Source: Blastocatellia bacterium (GTDB taxonomy: Bacteria > Acidobacteriota > Blastocatellia > UBA7656). Taken from it: a DNA stretch of 64,000 nt. Each line of letters opens with the position of its first letter. The first letter of the stretch is position 1. The position numbers were made by a program, and so were the translations under genes. Below are positions 1 through 10,904 of this stretch, one piece after another. Location of the stretch: positions 672,001 to 736,000 of the forward strand of contig CAVXWP010000001.1 of assembly GCA_963765495.1 (NCBI GenBank), given 5' to 3'. The notes beneath the pieces are model-generated. The model was not told where the DNA came from. It ran no database searches and saw only the letters and a list, made by a program, of their open reading frames with translations.

Positions 1-734
1 CCGAATCAATCGCGGCAAGCGACACGATAGTCTACGATTACCTCGTAAACCCGGAAGTCCTCGTTCACGCGCGGCAGGGCGTGGAATTGATCTACGTTGG
101 TAAACGCGCAGGCCAGCCTTCAATCTCGCAAGCGGAAATCAACACAATACTTATCGAGCGCGCCCGGTCGGGTCAGGTTGTGGCCCGGCTCAAAGGCGGC
201 GACCCGTTCATCTTTGGGCGCGGCGGCGAAGAGGCCGAAGCCCTTGTTGAAGCAGGGATTGAATGGGAAGTCGTGCCGGGCATATCCTCGGGCGTAGCCG
301 CCGCCGCCTATGCCGGAATCCCTCTCACACATCGGAGGTTCGCTTCGAGCGTCGCCTTTATCACGGGGCACGACGGACGCGGCAAACAGAGACAATCGGT
401 TGACTGGATGAGCGCCGCACGCGCCGCCGATACCCTCGTGATCTTTATGTGCGCCGAGACGATTTCAAAAATCGCTCGTTCACTTATTATCGCGGGCCGA
501 CTGCCTTCCACACCCCTCGCCATAATCAGATGGGGAACCTGCGAGCATCAGGAAGTCTACACCGCTACGCTCGACCAGATCGCGGCTCTGGATGAAATGT
601 CGGGCGAAGCCGGCTTCCGCCTAGAACCGCCCGCTATCGCTATTGTGGGCGATGTAGTGTCGCTCAAGGACAAGTTGCACTGGTTTGGGCGCAGGGCATT
701 CCAGCTTGCGACCGCGCAAACAGTTCAGGTCTAA
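1..734 (+). CDS. cobA: uroporphyrinogen-III C-methyltransferase (CysG/CobA methyltransferase domain), 5'-truncated by the window edge
   Basis: Frame is open from base 3 ([20 protein letters not shown]...). Motifs [18 protein letters not shown] and VPGISS. Adjacent to cysH and a sulfite reductase. Confidence 0.9.
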   Translation, partial: ESIAASDTIVYDYLVNPEVLVHARQGVELIYVGKRAGQPSISQAEINTILIERARSGQVVARLKGGDPFIFGRGGEEAEALVEAGIEWEVVPGISSGVAAAAYAGIPLTHRRFASSVAFITGHDGRGKQRQSVDWMSAARAADTLVIFMCAETISKIARSLIIAGRLPSTPLAIIRWGTCEHQEVYTATLDQIAALDEMSGEAGFRLEPPAIAIVGDVVSLKDKLHWFGRRAFQLATAQTVQV

Positions 735-747
735 ACGGAGGAAACAG

Positions 748-1479
748 ATGGCACAAGCTGAACAGGAACTCATATCGCTTTCCTACGAACCGGGTCGTAT
801 AAACTGGATAGAAACGGCCGCTGCTCAACTCGAAGATGCCTCGCCCGAAGAGATAATTCGCCGGGCTTACGAAGAGTTCGACGACCGCATCACGATAGCC
901 ACGGGCTTTGGCGCTGAGGGCATCGCTCTCATAGATATGGCCGTAAAGATCAATCCTCGCCCCGATGTTTTCTTTCTCGATACCGGCTTTCTTTTCCCCG
1001 AAACTTATGAACTTCGCCGCAGGGTCGAAGCCCGTTACGGAATCGAGATACGCGCCTTTCAAACATCGCTCACGCCGGAAATCCAGGAAGAAGTGTACGG
1101 CCCGGCGCTCTGGTCGCGTGACCCTGATCTGTGCTGCCGACTCAGAAAGATCGAGCCTCTTAAAGAAGCGCTCACCGGGCGAAGCGCCTGGTTTACCGCC
1201 ATACGCAGAGATCAAACCGCTGCCCGCCAAAACGCTCGCGCCGTGGAGTGGGATCACCGCTGGCAGCTTGTTAAGGTCAACCCGTTTGTTCGATGGACAA
1301 AGCGCGAGGTGTGGAATTACATCGTGAAAAACGACGTGCCTTATAACCCTCTGCACGACGCGGGCTACCCGAGCATAGGCTGCACTCACTGCACTCGCGC
1401 AGTCCGAGCGGGCGAAGACGAGCGGGCAGGTCGATGGTCGGGCCGGGCAAAGACCGAGTGCGGGTTGCACGCCAGCTAG
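748..1479 (+). CDS. cysH: APS/PAPS reductase, Fe-S type
   Basis: FLDTG, CCRLRK, GYPSIGCTHC and C-terminal ECGLH motifs. RBS GGAGG before ATG 748. Confidence 0.92.
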   Translation: MAQAEQELISLSYEPGRINWIETAAAQLEDASPEEIIRRAYEEFDDRITIATGFGAEGIALIDMAVKINPRPDVFFLDTGFLFPETYELRRRVEARYGIEIRAFQTSLTPEIQEEVYGPALWSRDPDLCCRLRKIEPLKEALTGRSAWFTAIRRDQTAARQNARAVEWDHRWQLVKVNPFVRWTKREVWNYIVKNDVPYNPLHDAGYPSIGCTHCTRAVRAGEDERAGRWSGRAKTECGLHAS

Positions 1480-1543
1480 CCTCTGGGATTTGAGATTTGA
1501 TTTCGAAAGAAGAGATTAAACAAAGAGGAGACGAATTTGAGCG

Positions 1544-2161
1544 ATGAGTAAAAAAGGGTTGGTAATCTGGCTGACGGGACTTTCGGGCGCGGGCAAGACT
1601 ACGATTGCCGAGGCGCTTTCAAAAGGCTTTCTAAATCGCGGATTGCGAGTCGAGATTCTCGACGGCGACGAGGTGAGAGAGAACCTCAGCCGGGGGCTTG
1701 GATTTTCAAAGGAGGACCGCGACACAAACGTCCTCCGTATAGGTTTCGTCGCGCGGCTGCTGGCACGCAATGGTGTTATTGTGCTCGCCTCAGCCATTTC
1801 GCCGTATCGGCAGTCGCGCGATGATGTACGCCGCATGGTTGAAAGCGATGGCGCATCTTTTGCCGAAATCTTTGTTCGCTGCCCAATTGATGTGCTCGTA
1901 GAGCGCGATGTTAAGGGGCTGTACAGGCGGGCGCTCGCGGGCGAAGTCAAGAACTTCACCGGCATAAGCGACCCTTACGAGGAACCGCTCGCGCCCGATT
2001 GCGTGGTCGATAGCTCCGCAGAAACCGTGGACGAGAGCGTGGCAAATCTCTTTTCGCATCTCGAGCAAACGGGCCTCGTCACAGGCCAACTCGCTCAGGC
2101 GGAACTGATCGCTTCCGTTGAGCCTGTAAATCGGCAAATCACTTTTGCCGCCGAGGGGTAA
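1544..2161 (+). CDS. cysC: adenylyl-sulfate kinase
   Basis: WLTGLSGAGKTT P-loop, LDGDEVR, FTGISDPYE. Confidence 0.95.
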   Translation: MSKKGLVIWLTGLSGAGKTTIAEALSKGFLNRGLRVEILDGDEVRENLSRGLGFSKEDRDTNVLRIGFVARLLARNGVIVLASAISPYRQSRDDVRRMVESDGASFAEIFVRCPIDVLVERDVKGLYRRALAGEVKNFTGISDPYEEPLAPDCVVDSSAETVDESVANLFSHLEQTGLVTGQLAQAELIASVEPVNRQITFAAEG

Positions 2162-2164
2162 GTC

Positions 2165-3775
2165 ATGAATCGCATCGAAGAGATCAAGAAACATAAGGAC
2201 GGTCTCGATGTGCTGGCCGATGTTTATCGCTATGCCGAGACTGCCAACTCTGCCATTTCGCCTGACGATGAACAGTTGTTCAAGTGGTACGGCATATACA
2301 CGCAGCGACCGGCGGCGGACGGTTTTTTCATGGTGCGCATACGCATACCGGGCGGGAACCTCTCCCCCGCCCAGTTGCGCACCATCGCCGATCTGTCGGA
2401 CGAGTATGGTCGCGGGCTTGCCGATGTCACCGTAAGGCAAAATATTCAACTCCACTGGGTGAAGATCGAAAACATCCCCGACCTGCTCAAGCGTTTGGAC
2501 AGCGTAGGGATCACCACGACCGAAGCGTGCGGCGATTGCGTTCGCAATATACTGAACTGCCCCGTGTCGGGCGTGGACGCCGACGAATTGTACGACACTA
2601 CGCGCCTGGTCGAGCAGGTAAACGAATACTTTCTGGGCAATCGCGATTTTTCGAATCTGCCCCGCAAATTCAAGATCGCCATCACCGGATGCCCGGTTCG
2701 CTGCGTCTATCCCGAGATCAACGACATAGGTCTGTTTGCCGTGCGCGACCCTGAAAGCGGAGACGCGGTCTTTCGCGCCCGCATCGGCGGAGGGCTTTCG
2801 ACCACGCCGCGATTTTCGAAAGACCTCGGCGTTCTGGTCGAGCCCGGTGAGGTGGTTGATTTATGCGGAGCCGTGGCGACGGTCTTTCGCGATGAAGGCA
2901 ATCGAGAGAATCGCAAGCGGGCGCGGCTCAAATTCCTGATCGAGAAATGGGAAATCCCGCGCTTCCGCGACGCGGTAGAAGCGCATCTGGGCCGCAGGCT
3001 TCGCCGCGCGGCTACGCCCGAGGCCGAAGCCATACAAGAGCGTGACCGCTCGCATCTCGGCATCCACCGGCAGCGCGATGCGGGGTCGTCTTACATAGGC
3101 ATCTCCATTCTCGGAGGCCGCACATCGGGGCGCGAACTGAGAAGGCTGGCCGATCTTTCCGAAGAGTATGCGAGCGGTCGCATTCGGACTACGAACACGC
3201 AAAACATAATCCTGCTCGATGTAAGGGAAGAGAATCTGCCCGCGCTTGAACGGGAACTGGACCGCGACGGGGTTGGATACAAGCCTACGTGGTCGCGCAA
3301 GGCAATCATCGCGTGCACGGGCGTGCAGTTTTGCAAACTCGCCATAGCCGAGACAAAGAACCGCGCCGCCGAATTGAATGCTCAACTCGAACAGGCGGTT
3401 GATATGGATGACTCGGTTCGCATAAGCGTCACCGGATGCCCAAATTCATGCGGACAGCACCACATCTGCGACGTAGGTCTTGAAGGCGCGCTCACGACTA
3501 TCGACGGCGTGAAGCGCGAGACGTTTCAGGTATTTCTCGGCGGTGGCGTGGGAGAGCACGAAACCTTTGGCCGCCGGATAGGCGTGCGCGTGCTTTCTGA
3601 CGAACTCTCGGAATCGCTTGCACGATTGTTCACCCGCTATAAAGAAGATAGAAACGAAGGAGAGACGTTTCAGGAATTTTGCCTACGCCATAACAACGAG
3701 GAACTGGCGCAGTTTCTGGCCCGGCCCGCTCTGGCTGCCGGTGATGCCGCGCTGCGACGGCAACAGGAGATTTAG
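2165..3775 (+). CDS. siroheme [4Fe-4S] sulfite/nitrite reductase (ferredoxin-type; sulfite reductase by context)
   Basis: NLPRKFKIAITGC, ACTGVQFC...TGCPNSCG cluster/siroheme ligands. Located in the cys cluster. Confidence 0.88.
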   Translation: MNRIEEIKKHKDGLDVLADVYRYAETANSAISPDDEQLFKWYGIYTQRPAADGFFMVRIRIPGGNLSPAQLRTIADLSDEYGRGLADVTVRQNIQLHWVKIENIPDLLKRLDSVGITTTEACGDCVRNILNCPVSGVDADELYDTTRLVEQVNEYFLGNRDFSNLPRKFKIAITGCPVRCVYPEINDIGLFAVRDPESGDAVFRARIGGGLSTTPRFSKDLGVLVEPGEVVDLCGAVATVFRDEGNRENRKRARLKFLIEKWEIPRFRDAVEAHLGRRLRRAATPEAEAIQERDRSHLGIHRQRDAGSSYIGISILGGRTSGRELRRLADLSEEYASGRIRTTNTQNIILLDVREENLPALERELDRDGVGYKPTWSRKAIIACTGVQFCKLAIAETKNRAAELNAQLEQAVDMDDSVRISVTGCPNSCGQHHICDVGLEGALTTIDGVKRETFQVFLGGGVGEHETFGRRIGVRVLSDELSESLARLFTRYKEDRNEGETFQEFCLRHNNEELAQFLARPALAAGDAALRRQQEI

Positions 3776-3812
3776 ACAGGATTTACAGGATTATGAAGGA
3801 TTAAACAAGATT
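3772..3812. repeat. short degenerate tandem repeat (ACAGGATTT-type)
   Basis: ttagacaggatttacaggattatgaaggattaaacaagatt; same family as 9145 and 27875. Confidence 0.7.
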
Positions 3813-3835
3813 GCCGGTTGAGCCGGGCCGCATCG

Positions 3836-3890
3836 CTTATCAGGTGATAAGGATTAATTATTTGCCGCCGCCCGAAGTTCATGGTATCCC
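3836..3890 (+). promoter_or_regulatory. putative LysR-type operator plus promoter upstream of leuA
   Basis: CTTATCaggtGATAAG palindrome overlapping ATAA-N7-TTAT (3847-3861), then TTGCCG-N17-TATCCC. Near-identical copy upstream of leuC. Confidence 0.65.
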
Positions 3891-3943
3891 CTAACAGGCC
3901 ATAAATTTTTCAAGATCACGAATTTCAAGAAAGGCTTGAACGA

Positions 3944-5518
3944 ATGTCTAACAGGGTAGCCATCTTCGATACCACGCTCAGAGACGGCGAGCAGTCGCCG
4001 GGTTGCAGCATGAATCTTGAAGAGAAACTGCGAATGGCTCATCAGCTTGAAGCGCTTGGGGTGGACATAATAGAAGCCGGTTTTCCAATCGCTTCGGAAG
4101 ACGATTTCGCGGCCGTGCGCCAGATCGCAGGTGAGTGCCGGAACACCCGGGTAGCCGCTCTTGCTCGCGCAACGCGTGAAGATATAACGCGAGCTTGGGA
4201 AGCGATCAGAGACGCCGCCCGCCCGCGCATCCACACGTTTCTCGCCACCTCTGATCTTCATCTCGAATATAAACTTAAGATCACCCGCCAGCAGGCGCTC
4301 GAACAAATCAGCAGCATGGTTGGGCTGGCCGCGGGCTTTACGGATGATGTGGAGTTTTCGCCCGAAGACGCTACGCGCACCGATCTCGAATTTCTTTGCG
4401 AAGCGGTTCGCGCGGCCATCCGAGCCGGGGCTACGACAATAAATATCCCGGACACCGTAGGCTACACCATCCCGCGAGAGTTCACACACATCATCAACAC
4501 TCTGCGCGAGCGCGTAGAAGAGATTGATCGGGTCACCATTTCCGTGCATTGCCACAACGATCTGGGGCTTGCGGTTGCAAATTCGCTTGCCGCTATCGAA
4601 GCGGGCGCGCGCCAGATCGAATGCACCATAAACGGCATAGGCGAGCGCGCGGGCAATGCTTCGCTTGAAGAGGCCGTGATGGCGCTCAGAGTGCGCGGCG
4701 ATCTCCTCCATTACGAAACCGGGATCAATACGGAAGAGATTCACCGCGCAAGCCAGTTGCTCTCAAACATCACGGGCATTCAGGTGCAGCCAAACAAGGC
4801 GATAGTGGGCCGCAACGCATTCGCGCACGAGGCGGGCATACATCAACACGGCGTGATACAAAACAGCCTGACCTATGAAATCATGCGGCCCGAAACGGTG
4901 GGCGCAAAACAGAGCACCCTCGTCTTGGGCAAGCACTCGGGTCGGCACGCGTTGCAGAAACGATTTGAGGAGATGGGCTATACGCTGTCGCGCCCCGACC
5001 TCGATAAGGCGTACAAGCTTTTTACAAAGCTGGCCGATCAAAAGAAAGAGATTTACGAAGAGGATCTGATAGTCATACTGCAAGACGGACTGCGCGAGAT
5101 ACCGGAGACTTTCAAACTCCGCTCCGTAGAAGCGATGGCCGGAACGTCGCCGACTTCCTGGGCCTCGGTCACGCTCGACCGCGACGGCCGACTGCTTTCG
5201 CATACGGGGAACGCGGGCGGGCCGGTGGCCGCCGTCTATTCAGTTATCGATTTTCTTACAGGTATGCGTGGGCGACTGGCTGATTACTCAGTGCATTCGG
5301 TCACACGTGGTAGCGATGCCGTGGGCGAGGTCTTCGCGCACGTGGAATTTGATGGTCGCGTATTCACAGGCCGCGCGGCCTCGACCGATGTTATAGAAGC
5401 CAGCGCCCGCGCTTATCTGCATGCTGTCAATAAAGCTGTGCACGCGCGCCGCCATCAGGCTGGTGAAGCCGGGCGCAAAGAATCACAGGCAAAAGCCTTC
5501 ACGGGAGCGGCGGATTGA
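3944..5518 (+). CDS. leuA: 2-isopropylmalate synthase
   Basis: [37 protein letters not shown]; C-terminal regulatory domain present. Confidence 0.95.
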   Translation: MSNRVAIFDTTLRDGEQSPGCSMNLEEKLRMAHQLEALGVDIIEAGFPIASEDDFAAVRQIAGECRNTRVAALARATREDITRAWEAIRDAARPRIHTFLATSDLHLEYKLKITRQQALEQISSMVGLAAGFTDDVEFSPEDATRTDLEFLCEAVRAAIRAGATTINIPDTVGYTIPREFTHIINTLRERVEEIDRVTISVHCHNDLGLAVANSLAAIEAGARQIECTINGIGERAGNASLEEAVMALRVRGDLLHYETGINTEEIHRASQLLSNITGIQVQPNKAIVGRNAFAHEAGIHQHGVIQNSLTYEIMRPETVGAKQSTLVLGKHSGRHALQKRFEEMGYTLSRPDLDKAYKLFTKLADQKKEIYEEDLIVILQDGLREIPETFKLRSVEAMAGTSPTSWASVTLDRDGRLLSHTGNAGGPVAAVYSVIDFLTGMRGRLADYSVHSVTRGSDAVGEVFAHVEFDGRVFTGRAASTDVIEASARAYLHAVNKAVHARRHQAGEAGRKESQAKAFTGAAD

Positions 5519-5523
5519 AGCGT

Positions 5524-5679
5524 ATGAACGAATATTCACTTCCGAAATACCACCGTTCCTTAAAGCCGGCAGGAGGGCGCCGCTCTCCTGTCGCGCTCCT
5601 CACCAGCGCGCTTCCCGTACTCGCTAAATCGCTGCTCGTAGTCGTTATTAGCATTATTGTGCTCCGCAGCAGCGGATGA
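5524..5679 (+). CDS. putative ilv attenuator leader peptide (51 aa)
   Basis: MNEYSLPKYHRSLKPAGGRRSPVALLTSALPVLAKSLLVVVISIIVLRSSG*. The run LLVVVISIIVL lies just before the stop and an intrinsic terminator follows. Confidence 0.8.
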   Translation: MNEYSLPKYHRSLKPAGGRRSPVALLTSALPVLAKSLLVVVISIIVLRSSG

Positions 5680-5703
5680 GGGCCAGCGCATACAGGATAA
5701 AGC

Positions 5704-5748
5704 GAAGGCCATCATCCAAAGCCAAAGGATGATGGCCTTCTGGTTTTT
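5704..5748 (+). terminator. attenuator terminator upstream of ilvB
   Basis: 14-bp perfect stem GAAGGCCATCATCC / GGATGATGGCCTTC, 9-nt loop, then TGGTTTTT. Confidence 0.85.
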
Positions 5749-5827
5749 AGCCCGGCAGGTAAAAGCCCTGAGATAGGAACTCTGAGATTGAAACTCTGAA
5801 CGAGACAGAAGAAAAAGAGGAAAACTT

Positions 5828-7573
5828 ATGACGATAACCAACGCGGCTCTCGGAGGACTCGAAGCTCAAGCCGTGCCCCAGACTATGCGCGGCGCGAGGA
5901 TATTGTGCGAAGCGCTCTTGCAAGAAGGCGTCGATACGATCTTCGGCTATCCGGGTGGCGCAGTGCTGCACATCTATGACGAGTTGTGGAAGATGCAGGA
6001 CCGGCTGAAACACATCCTGTCGCGTCACGAACAGGGCGCAGTCCACATGGCCGAAGGCTATGCCAAAGTGACCGGCAAAGTCGGTGTTGCGCTCGTCACA
6101 TCCGGCCCGGGCGCGACAAATGCCGTCACAGGCATCGCAAACGCGTTTCTGGATTCGACTCCGCTCGTAGTCATAACCGGCCAGGTCCCCAGAAAGATGA
6201 TTGGTAACGATGCCTTTCAGGAGGTCGATACCGTAGGCATCACTCGACCCTGCACAAAGTACAACTATCTGGTCGAAGACATTAATGATCTGGCTGAGAT
6301 AGTCAAAGAGGCGTTCCACATCGCGCGAACGGGCCGCCCCGGTCCCGTCGTCATCGACATCCCCAAGGATGTCACCGCTGAAACCGCTCCATTCGTTTAT
6401 CCCGAGCGCGTCCGACTTGCCAGTTATCGCCCCTCGATGCGCGGCGATGCCCGGCAGGTTATGCGCGCCGTCGATAAGATGTGTGAGGCTCGACGGCCCG
6501 TGCTTTACGTGGGCGGCGGGGTCATCCACTCAAACGGCGCGGAAGAATTGATCGCACTTGCCGAAAGGCTTTCGCTTCCCGTAACGCCTACGCTGATGGG
6601 GCTCGGGTGTTTCCCGGCAGGTCATCCGCTCTGTATGGGGATGCTTGGCATGCACGGCACCTACTGGGCAAACATGGCGATTTCAGAATCCGATCTGATA
6701 ATAGCCATAGGCGTTCGCTTTGATGATCGAGTCACGGGCGCGCTTGAAAAATTCGCGCCAGAGGCCGAAGTCATCCACGTCGATATCGATCAGAGTTCCA
6801 TAGACAAAAACCGCAGGGTACAGATTCCGATCACAGGCGATGCAAGAAGCGTGGTCGGGCAGATGCTCGAACTGTTGCCCGAAGCGGCGTGTCGGTCGAG
6901 CGCCGACCGTCTCGCCCCGTGGTGGGAGCAGATAGAGGAGTGGAAAGAGTATGCGCCGCTCACCTTTAAGAATTCGGATCAGGTGATAATGCCGCAATAC
7001 CTGATCCAGCAGCTTTACGATTTGACCGGAGGTGATGCGATCATCACTACCGACGTAGGCCAGCATCAGATGTGGCTCGCTCAATACTATCCGTTCAACT
7101 CGCCGCGACAGTCGGTTACATCGGGCGGGCTGGGCACGATGGGATTTGGCTTCCCGGCTGCCTTTGGCGCGCAGATGGCATTCCCGGACCGGCAGGTGAT
7201 CGCCTTTGTCGGCGACGGCGGATTTCAGATGACATCGCAGGAACTCGCCACCGCCGTGCAGTACAAATCAAACGTCAAGATAGTGATTATGAACAACAAC
7301 TATCTGGGCATGGTGCGCCAGTGGCAGGAGATTTTCTATGACCGGGTTTATGCCGCCGTCAACATGGAATGGCTGCCCGATTTCGTCAAACTCGCCGAAG
7401 CATACGGCGCGACGGGGCTTCGCGCAACCCGCCCCGATCAACTGCGCGGCGTGCTCGAACGCGGCCTTGCAACACCCGGCCCCGTCGTTATGGACATACT
7501 CGTGTCCGAAGAAGAAAACGTCTACCCGATGGTTCCCGCAGGAGCCGGGTTAAAGGAGATGGTGCTCGGATGA
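5828..7573 (+). CDS. ilvB: acetolactate synthase large subunit
   Basis: [44 protein letters not shown]. Confidence 0.95.
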   Translation: MTITNAALGGLEAQAVPQTMRGARILCEALLQEGVDTIFGYPGGAVLHIYDELWKMQDRLKHILSRHEQGAVHMAEGYAKVTGKVGVALVTSGPGATNAVTGIANAFLDSTPLVVITGQVPRKMIGNDAFQEVDTVGITRPCTKYNYLVEDINDLAEIVKEAFHIARTGRPGPVVIDIPKDVTAETAPFVYPERVRLASYRPSMRGDARQVMRAVDKMCEARRPVLYVGGGVIHSNGAEELIALAERLSLPVTPTLMGLGCFPAGHPLCMGMLGMHGTYWANMAISESDLIIAIGVRFDDRVTGALEKFAPEAEVIHVDIDQSSIDKNRRVQIPITGDARSVVGQMLELLPEAACRSSADRLAPWWEQIEEWKEYAPLTFKNSDQVIMPQYLIQQLYDLTGGDAIITTDVGQHQMWLAQYYPFNSPRQSVTSGGLGTMGFGFPAAFGAQMAFPDRQVIAFVGDGGFQMTSQELATAVQYKSNVKIVIMNNNYLGMVRQWQEIFYDRVYAAVNMEWLPDFVKLAEAYGATGLRATRPDQLRGVLERGLATPGPVVMDILVSEEENVYPMVPAGAGLKEMVLG

Positions 7574-8115
7574 GACACACGCTTTCAATACTGGTTGAGA
7601 ATCGTTTTGGAGAGCTTTCGCGCATAATCGGGATGTTCAGCGCGCGGGGCTATAACGTGGAAAGCCTGACCGTGGCCGAGACTCTGGACCCTGACTTTTC
7701 GCGCATGACGCTTGTGACCACAGGCAACGATCAGACCATCGTGCAGATCACCCGGCAACTCAACAAACAGGTGCGAGTCGTTGAAGCCGTGGACATGACC
7801 GGCTTCAAGCACATCGAGCGCGAGATGGTCCTCATAAACGTGAGGGCCGAAGCGGGACCGGCTCGCCAGGAGGTCTTGAGCCTCGTCAACATCTTTCGCG
7901 CAAAGGTGGTTGATGTCTCAAACGACGGGATTATCGTCGAGGCTACAGGGGACTGGAACAAGGTGAGCGCCTTGATCGAACTGCTCAAGCCAATCGGCAT
8001 ACGGCAGATCGTGCGCACGGGAACCGTGGCAATAGCCAGGCTCGCAGAAAAAACAATCGAGCAAGACATCAATGAAGAAGAGATGGTATTTGCCGTAAAT
8101 TCGGAGGGAATATGA
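7570..8115 (+). CDS. ilvN: acetolactate synthase small (regulatory) subunit
   Basis: [19 protein letters not shown]...[16 protein letters not shown] domain. ATG overlaps the ilvB stop (ATGA). Confidence 0.93.
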   Translation: MRHTLSILVENRFGELSRIIGMFSARGYNVESLTVAETLDPDFSRMTLVTTGNDQTIVQITRQLNKQVRVVEAVDMTGFKHIEREMVLINVRAEAGPARQEVLSLVNIFRAKVVDVSNDGIIVEATGDWNKVSALIELLKPIGIRQIVRTGTVAIARLAEKTIEQDINEEEMVFAVNSEGI

Positions 8116-9128
8116 AAGTTTATTACGACAGGGACGCTGATCTCGGCCTGCTGAAAAGGAAGAGAATCACCATCATAGGCTATGGCGCGCAAGGATATGC
8201 CCACGCGAACAATCTTAAGGATTCAGGCTTCGATGTGATCGTAGGTCTGAGACCTGATAGTCCTTCGCGCGCCAAGGCCGAATCTGCCGGACTGACAGTC
8301 GAGGACACGGGCGAAGCCGCCTTCAACGGCGACATAGTGATGATGCTTGTTCCCGACGAGCTTGCGCCAAAGATATACAAGGAAGAGATCGAGCCAAACC
8401 TGCTGCCGGGCAAATATCTCGCCTTCGCTCACGGCTTTTCGATCCACTTCAAAAAGATCGTCCCGCCCGAAGATGTAAACGTCTTTATGGTAGCGCCGAA
8501 AGCGCCGGGCCATCTCGAACGCTACGAGTTTACGCAGGGGCGAGGCGTTCCCTGTCTGCTTGCGGTCAATCAGGACCCTACGGGCGACACGCGCCAGATC
8601 GGGCTTGCATACGCATCGGGGATCGGCGGTGGGCGCGCAGGCATTCTTGAAACAACATTCAAGGAAGAGACCGAAACCGACCTGTTTGGCGAGCAGGCCG
8701 TGCTGTGCGGGGGATTGACTTCGCTGATACAGGCGGGATTCGAGACGCTTGTCGAGGCGGGTTATTCTCCTGAGATGGCCTATTTCGAATGCCTCCACGA
8801 GGTCAAGTTGATAGTCGATTTGATCTATGAGGGCGGCATCGCAAACATGCGCTACTCGGTGTCGAACACGGCCGAGTACGGAGATTTGACGCGAGGCCCC
8901 CGCTTGATTGACGACACCGTAAGATGGCGGATGAAACGCCTGCTTGAAGACATTCAATCGGGCGTATTTGCCGACGAATGGATGGCCGAGCACGAAGCGG
9001 GCAAGCCAAATTTCAAAGAGCTTGAACAAAAGGCGCGCACTCACCCGATAGAAGAAGTCGGCGAGCGACTGCGCGGCATGATGCCGTGGCTTTCGGAGAA
9101 GCGTCTTGTCGATAAGGCAAAGAATTAG
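8112..9128 (+). CDS. ilvC: ketol-acid reductoisomerase
   Basis: [35 protein letters not shown]. Confidence 0.96.
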   Translation: MKVYYDRDADLGLLKRKRITIIGYGAQGYAHANNLKDSGFDVIVGLRPDSPSRAKAESAGLTVEDTGEAAFNGDIVMMLVPDELAPKIYKEEIEPNLLPGKYLAFAHGFSIHFKKIVPPEDVNVFMVAPKAPGHLERYEFTQGRGVPCLLAVNQDPTGDTRQIGLAYASGIGGGRAGILETTFKEETETDLFGEQAVLCGGLTSLIQAGFETLVEAGYSPEMAYFECLHEVKLIVDLIYEGGIANMRYSVSNTAEYGDLTRGPRLIDDTVRWRMKRLLEDIQSGVFADEWMAEHEAGKPNFKELEQKARTHPIEEVGERLRGMMPWLSEKRLVDKAKN

Positions 9129-9144
9129 CAGGAGAAATACAGGT

Positions 9145-9234
9145 TTTTGACAGGATTAACAGGATTATGACGGATTAAATGAGATTCTTCTTAATCAGGT
9201 TCAAGCCTCTGGAATCTTGTAAATCCTGTCAAAA
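9145..9234. repeat. inverted repeat element (ACAGGATT family)
   Basis: ttttgacaggattaacaggatt ... aatcttgtaaatcctgtcaaaa. Confidence 0.75.
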
Positions 9235-9260
9235 GATAATCGAATCAATACGGAGGAAGT

Positions 9261-9635
9261 ATGGGTTTTTATGATTGGGACAAGATGAAGCCGGAAGAGA
9301 TTACCGAGCTTTACACAAGAAAAGTTGCCACCGGAGACAACCTGACAGTTGCCAGAATCGAAGTCATGCAATGGGCCGTAACTCAGCCCCACCGCCACGA
9401 AAACGAAGAAGTCATCATGGTGCTCAAGGGGGCATGGCGCTTCTATTTACCCGATGGTGAGATCACGTTGTACCCGAACCAGATGCTCTCTATCCCGGCC
9501 GGGGTGGAGCATTCTTCCGAAGCGCTCGAAGACACCATAGCGATAGATATTTGCACGCCAACCCGGCGCGACTGGGTCTCGGGCGAAGACCGCTTCCTGC
9601 ATCGCAATCCCGATGATTTGCTTTGGGCGGTTTAG
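9261..9635 (+). CDS. cupin-domain protein
   Basis: HRHENEE motif 1 and IPAGVEH motif 2; RBS GGAGG. Confidence 0.85.
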   Translation: MGFYDWDKMKPEEITELYTRKVATGDNLTVARIEVMQWAVTQPHRHENEEVIMVLKGAWRFYLPDGEITLYPNQMLSIPAGVEHSSEALEDTIAIDICTPTRRDWVSGEDRFLHRNPDDLLWAV

Positions 9636-9636
9636 C

Positions 9637-9697
9637 GAGGGATGAGGGATGAGGGATGAGGGATGAAAAGGAAATAGCTAATTCTTTTCATCCTTCA
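9637..9697. repeat. heptamer tandem (GAGGGAT)x4 with a short inverted partner
   Basis: gagggatgagggatgagggatgagggatgaaaag...cttttcatccttca. Confidence 0.8.
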
Positions 9698-9719
9698 ATC
9701 TTCCAGAGGGGATACAAAT

Positions 9720-10874
9720 ATGAAACTGGATATAGCTGTATTGCCGGGCGACGGCATAGGGCCGGAAGTCACAAAAGAAGCCGTAAAGGCACTCGAAAAA
9801 GTGGCCGAAGAGTTTGGCCACGAAGTCGAGGTCAAAGAGTATTTGATCGGCGGACGTGCGCTCGATCAAACCGGCTCGCCTTTGCCTAAAGAGACCATAA
9901 AGGGATGCCTGTCGAGCAAAGCCGTGGTGCTGGGCGCGGTCGGCGGCCCTCAATACGATAATCGCCCGCGCGGTTCAAAACCCGAGGACGGGCTTCTGGG
10001 ATTGCGCCGCGAACTGGGCGCTTTTGCAAATCTCAGACCCGTGATCGTCTATGACGAGCTTTTGGCGGCTTCGCCTCTCAAATCTGAAACGGTCAAGGGC
10101 AGCAACCTGCTCATCGTCCGCGAACTTCTGGGCGGGCTCTACTTTGGCACGCCTCGCGGCTTCGAGAGAAGTTCGAGCGGCCCCTTTCGGGCTTATAACA
10201 CGATGAGCTACACCGTGCCCGAGATTGAGCGCATCGCTCATGTCGCTTTCAAGGCGGCCTTAAAACGGCGGCGCAAAGTCACTTCCGTAGACAAATCCAA
10301 CGTCCTTGAAGCCTCTCAGCTATGGCGCAGCGTTGTCAGCCGCGTAGCCAATGAGTATCCGAATGTCGAGCTTGAGCATCTGCTTGTCGATAGCTGCGCC
10401 ATGCAACTTGTCACAAGCCCGCGCCGGTTCGATGTCGTGCTGACTGAAAACCTGTTTGGCGACATCCTCTCGGATGAGGCGGCGGTGATAGCCGGTTCCA
10501 TAGGTCTGCTCTCGTCGGCGAGCCTTGGCGGGCCGGTCGGCCTCTACGAACCCGTGCACGGTTCAGCGCCCGACATAGCCGGGCAGGGAAAGGCAAACCC
10601 GCTTGGAGCCATAGCATCGGCTGCGCTGATGCTGCGGTATTCGTTCGGACTCGAAGCCGAAGCCTGCGCTCTTGAAAAGGCAATCGAATTGACCATCCGC
10701 CGAGGACTGCGCACGGCAGACCTTGCCTCGGGCGGCGCGTATTCGACTACTACTGAGGTTGGTGATGCAGTGTGTGAAGCTGTTTTCGGGCAGAAACACG
10801 TGGATGCAGAGGCCCGCAGACGCGGAGACGGCGTGAGTCGTTCTGCGCCAAAACATCTGCGCGCAGGCCAGTGA
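9720..10874 (+). CDS. leuB: 3-isopropylmalate dehydrogenase
   Basis: [34 protein letters not shown]. Confidence 0.95.
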   Translation: MKLDIAVLPGDGIGPEVTKEAVKALEKVAEEFGHEVEVKEYLIGGRALDQTGSPLPKETIKGCLSSKAVVLGAVGGPQYDNRPRGSKPEDGLLGLRRELGAFANLRPVIVYDELLAASPLKSETVKGSNLLIVRELLGGLYFGTPRGFERSSSGPFRAYNTMSYTVPEIERIAHVAFKAALKRRRKVTSVDKSNVLEASQLWRSVVSRVANEYPNVELEHLLVDSCAMQLVTSPRRFDVVLTENLFGDILSDEAAVIAGSIGLLSSASLGGPVGLYEPVHGSAPDIAGQGKANPLGAIASAALMLRYSFGLEAEACALEKAIELTIRRGLRTADLASGGAYSTTTEVGDAVCEAVFGQKHVDAEARRRGDGVSRSAPKHLRAGQ

Positions 10875-10904
10875 TTGAGGAGAGCCCAGTGATTGAGGAG
10901 AGCC

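Noticed and set aside
7369-7569. N-terminal extensions in the ORF track for ilvN (also cysH 685, cimA 15458, ilvE 17070)
   Set aside because: They overlap upstream genes or lack an RBS; family homology starts at the downstream ATGs used here.
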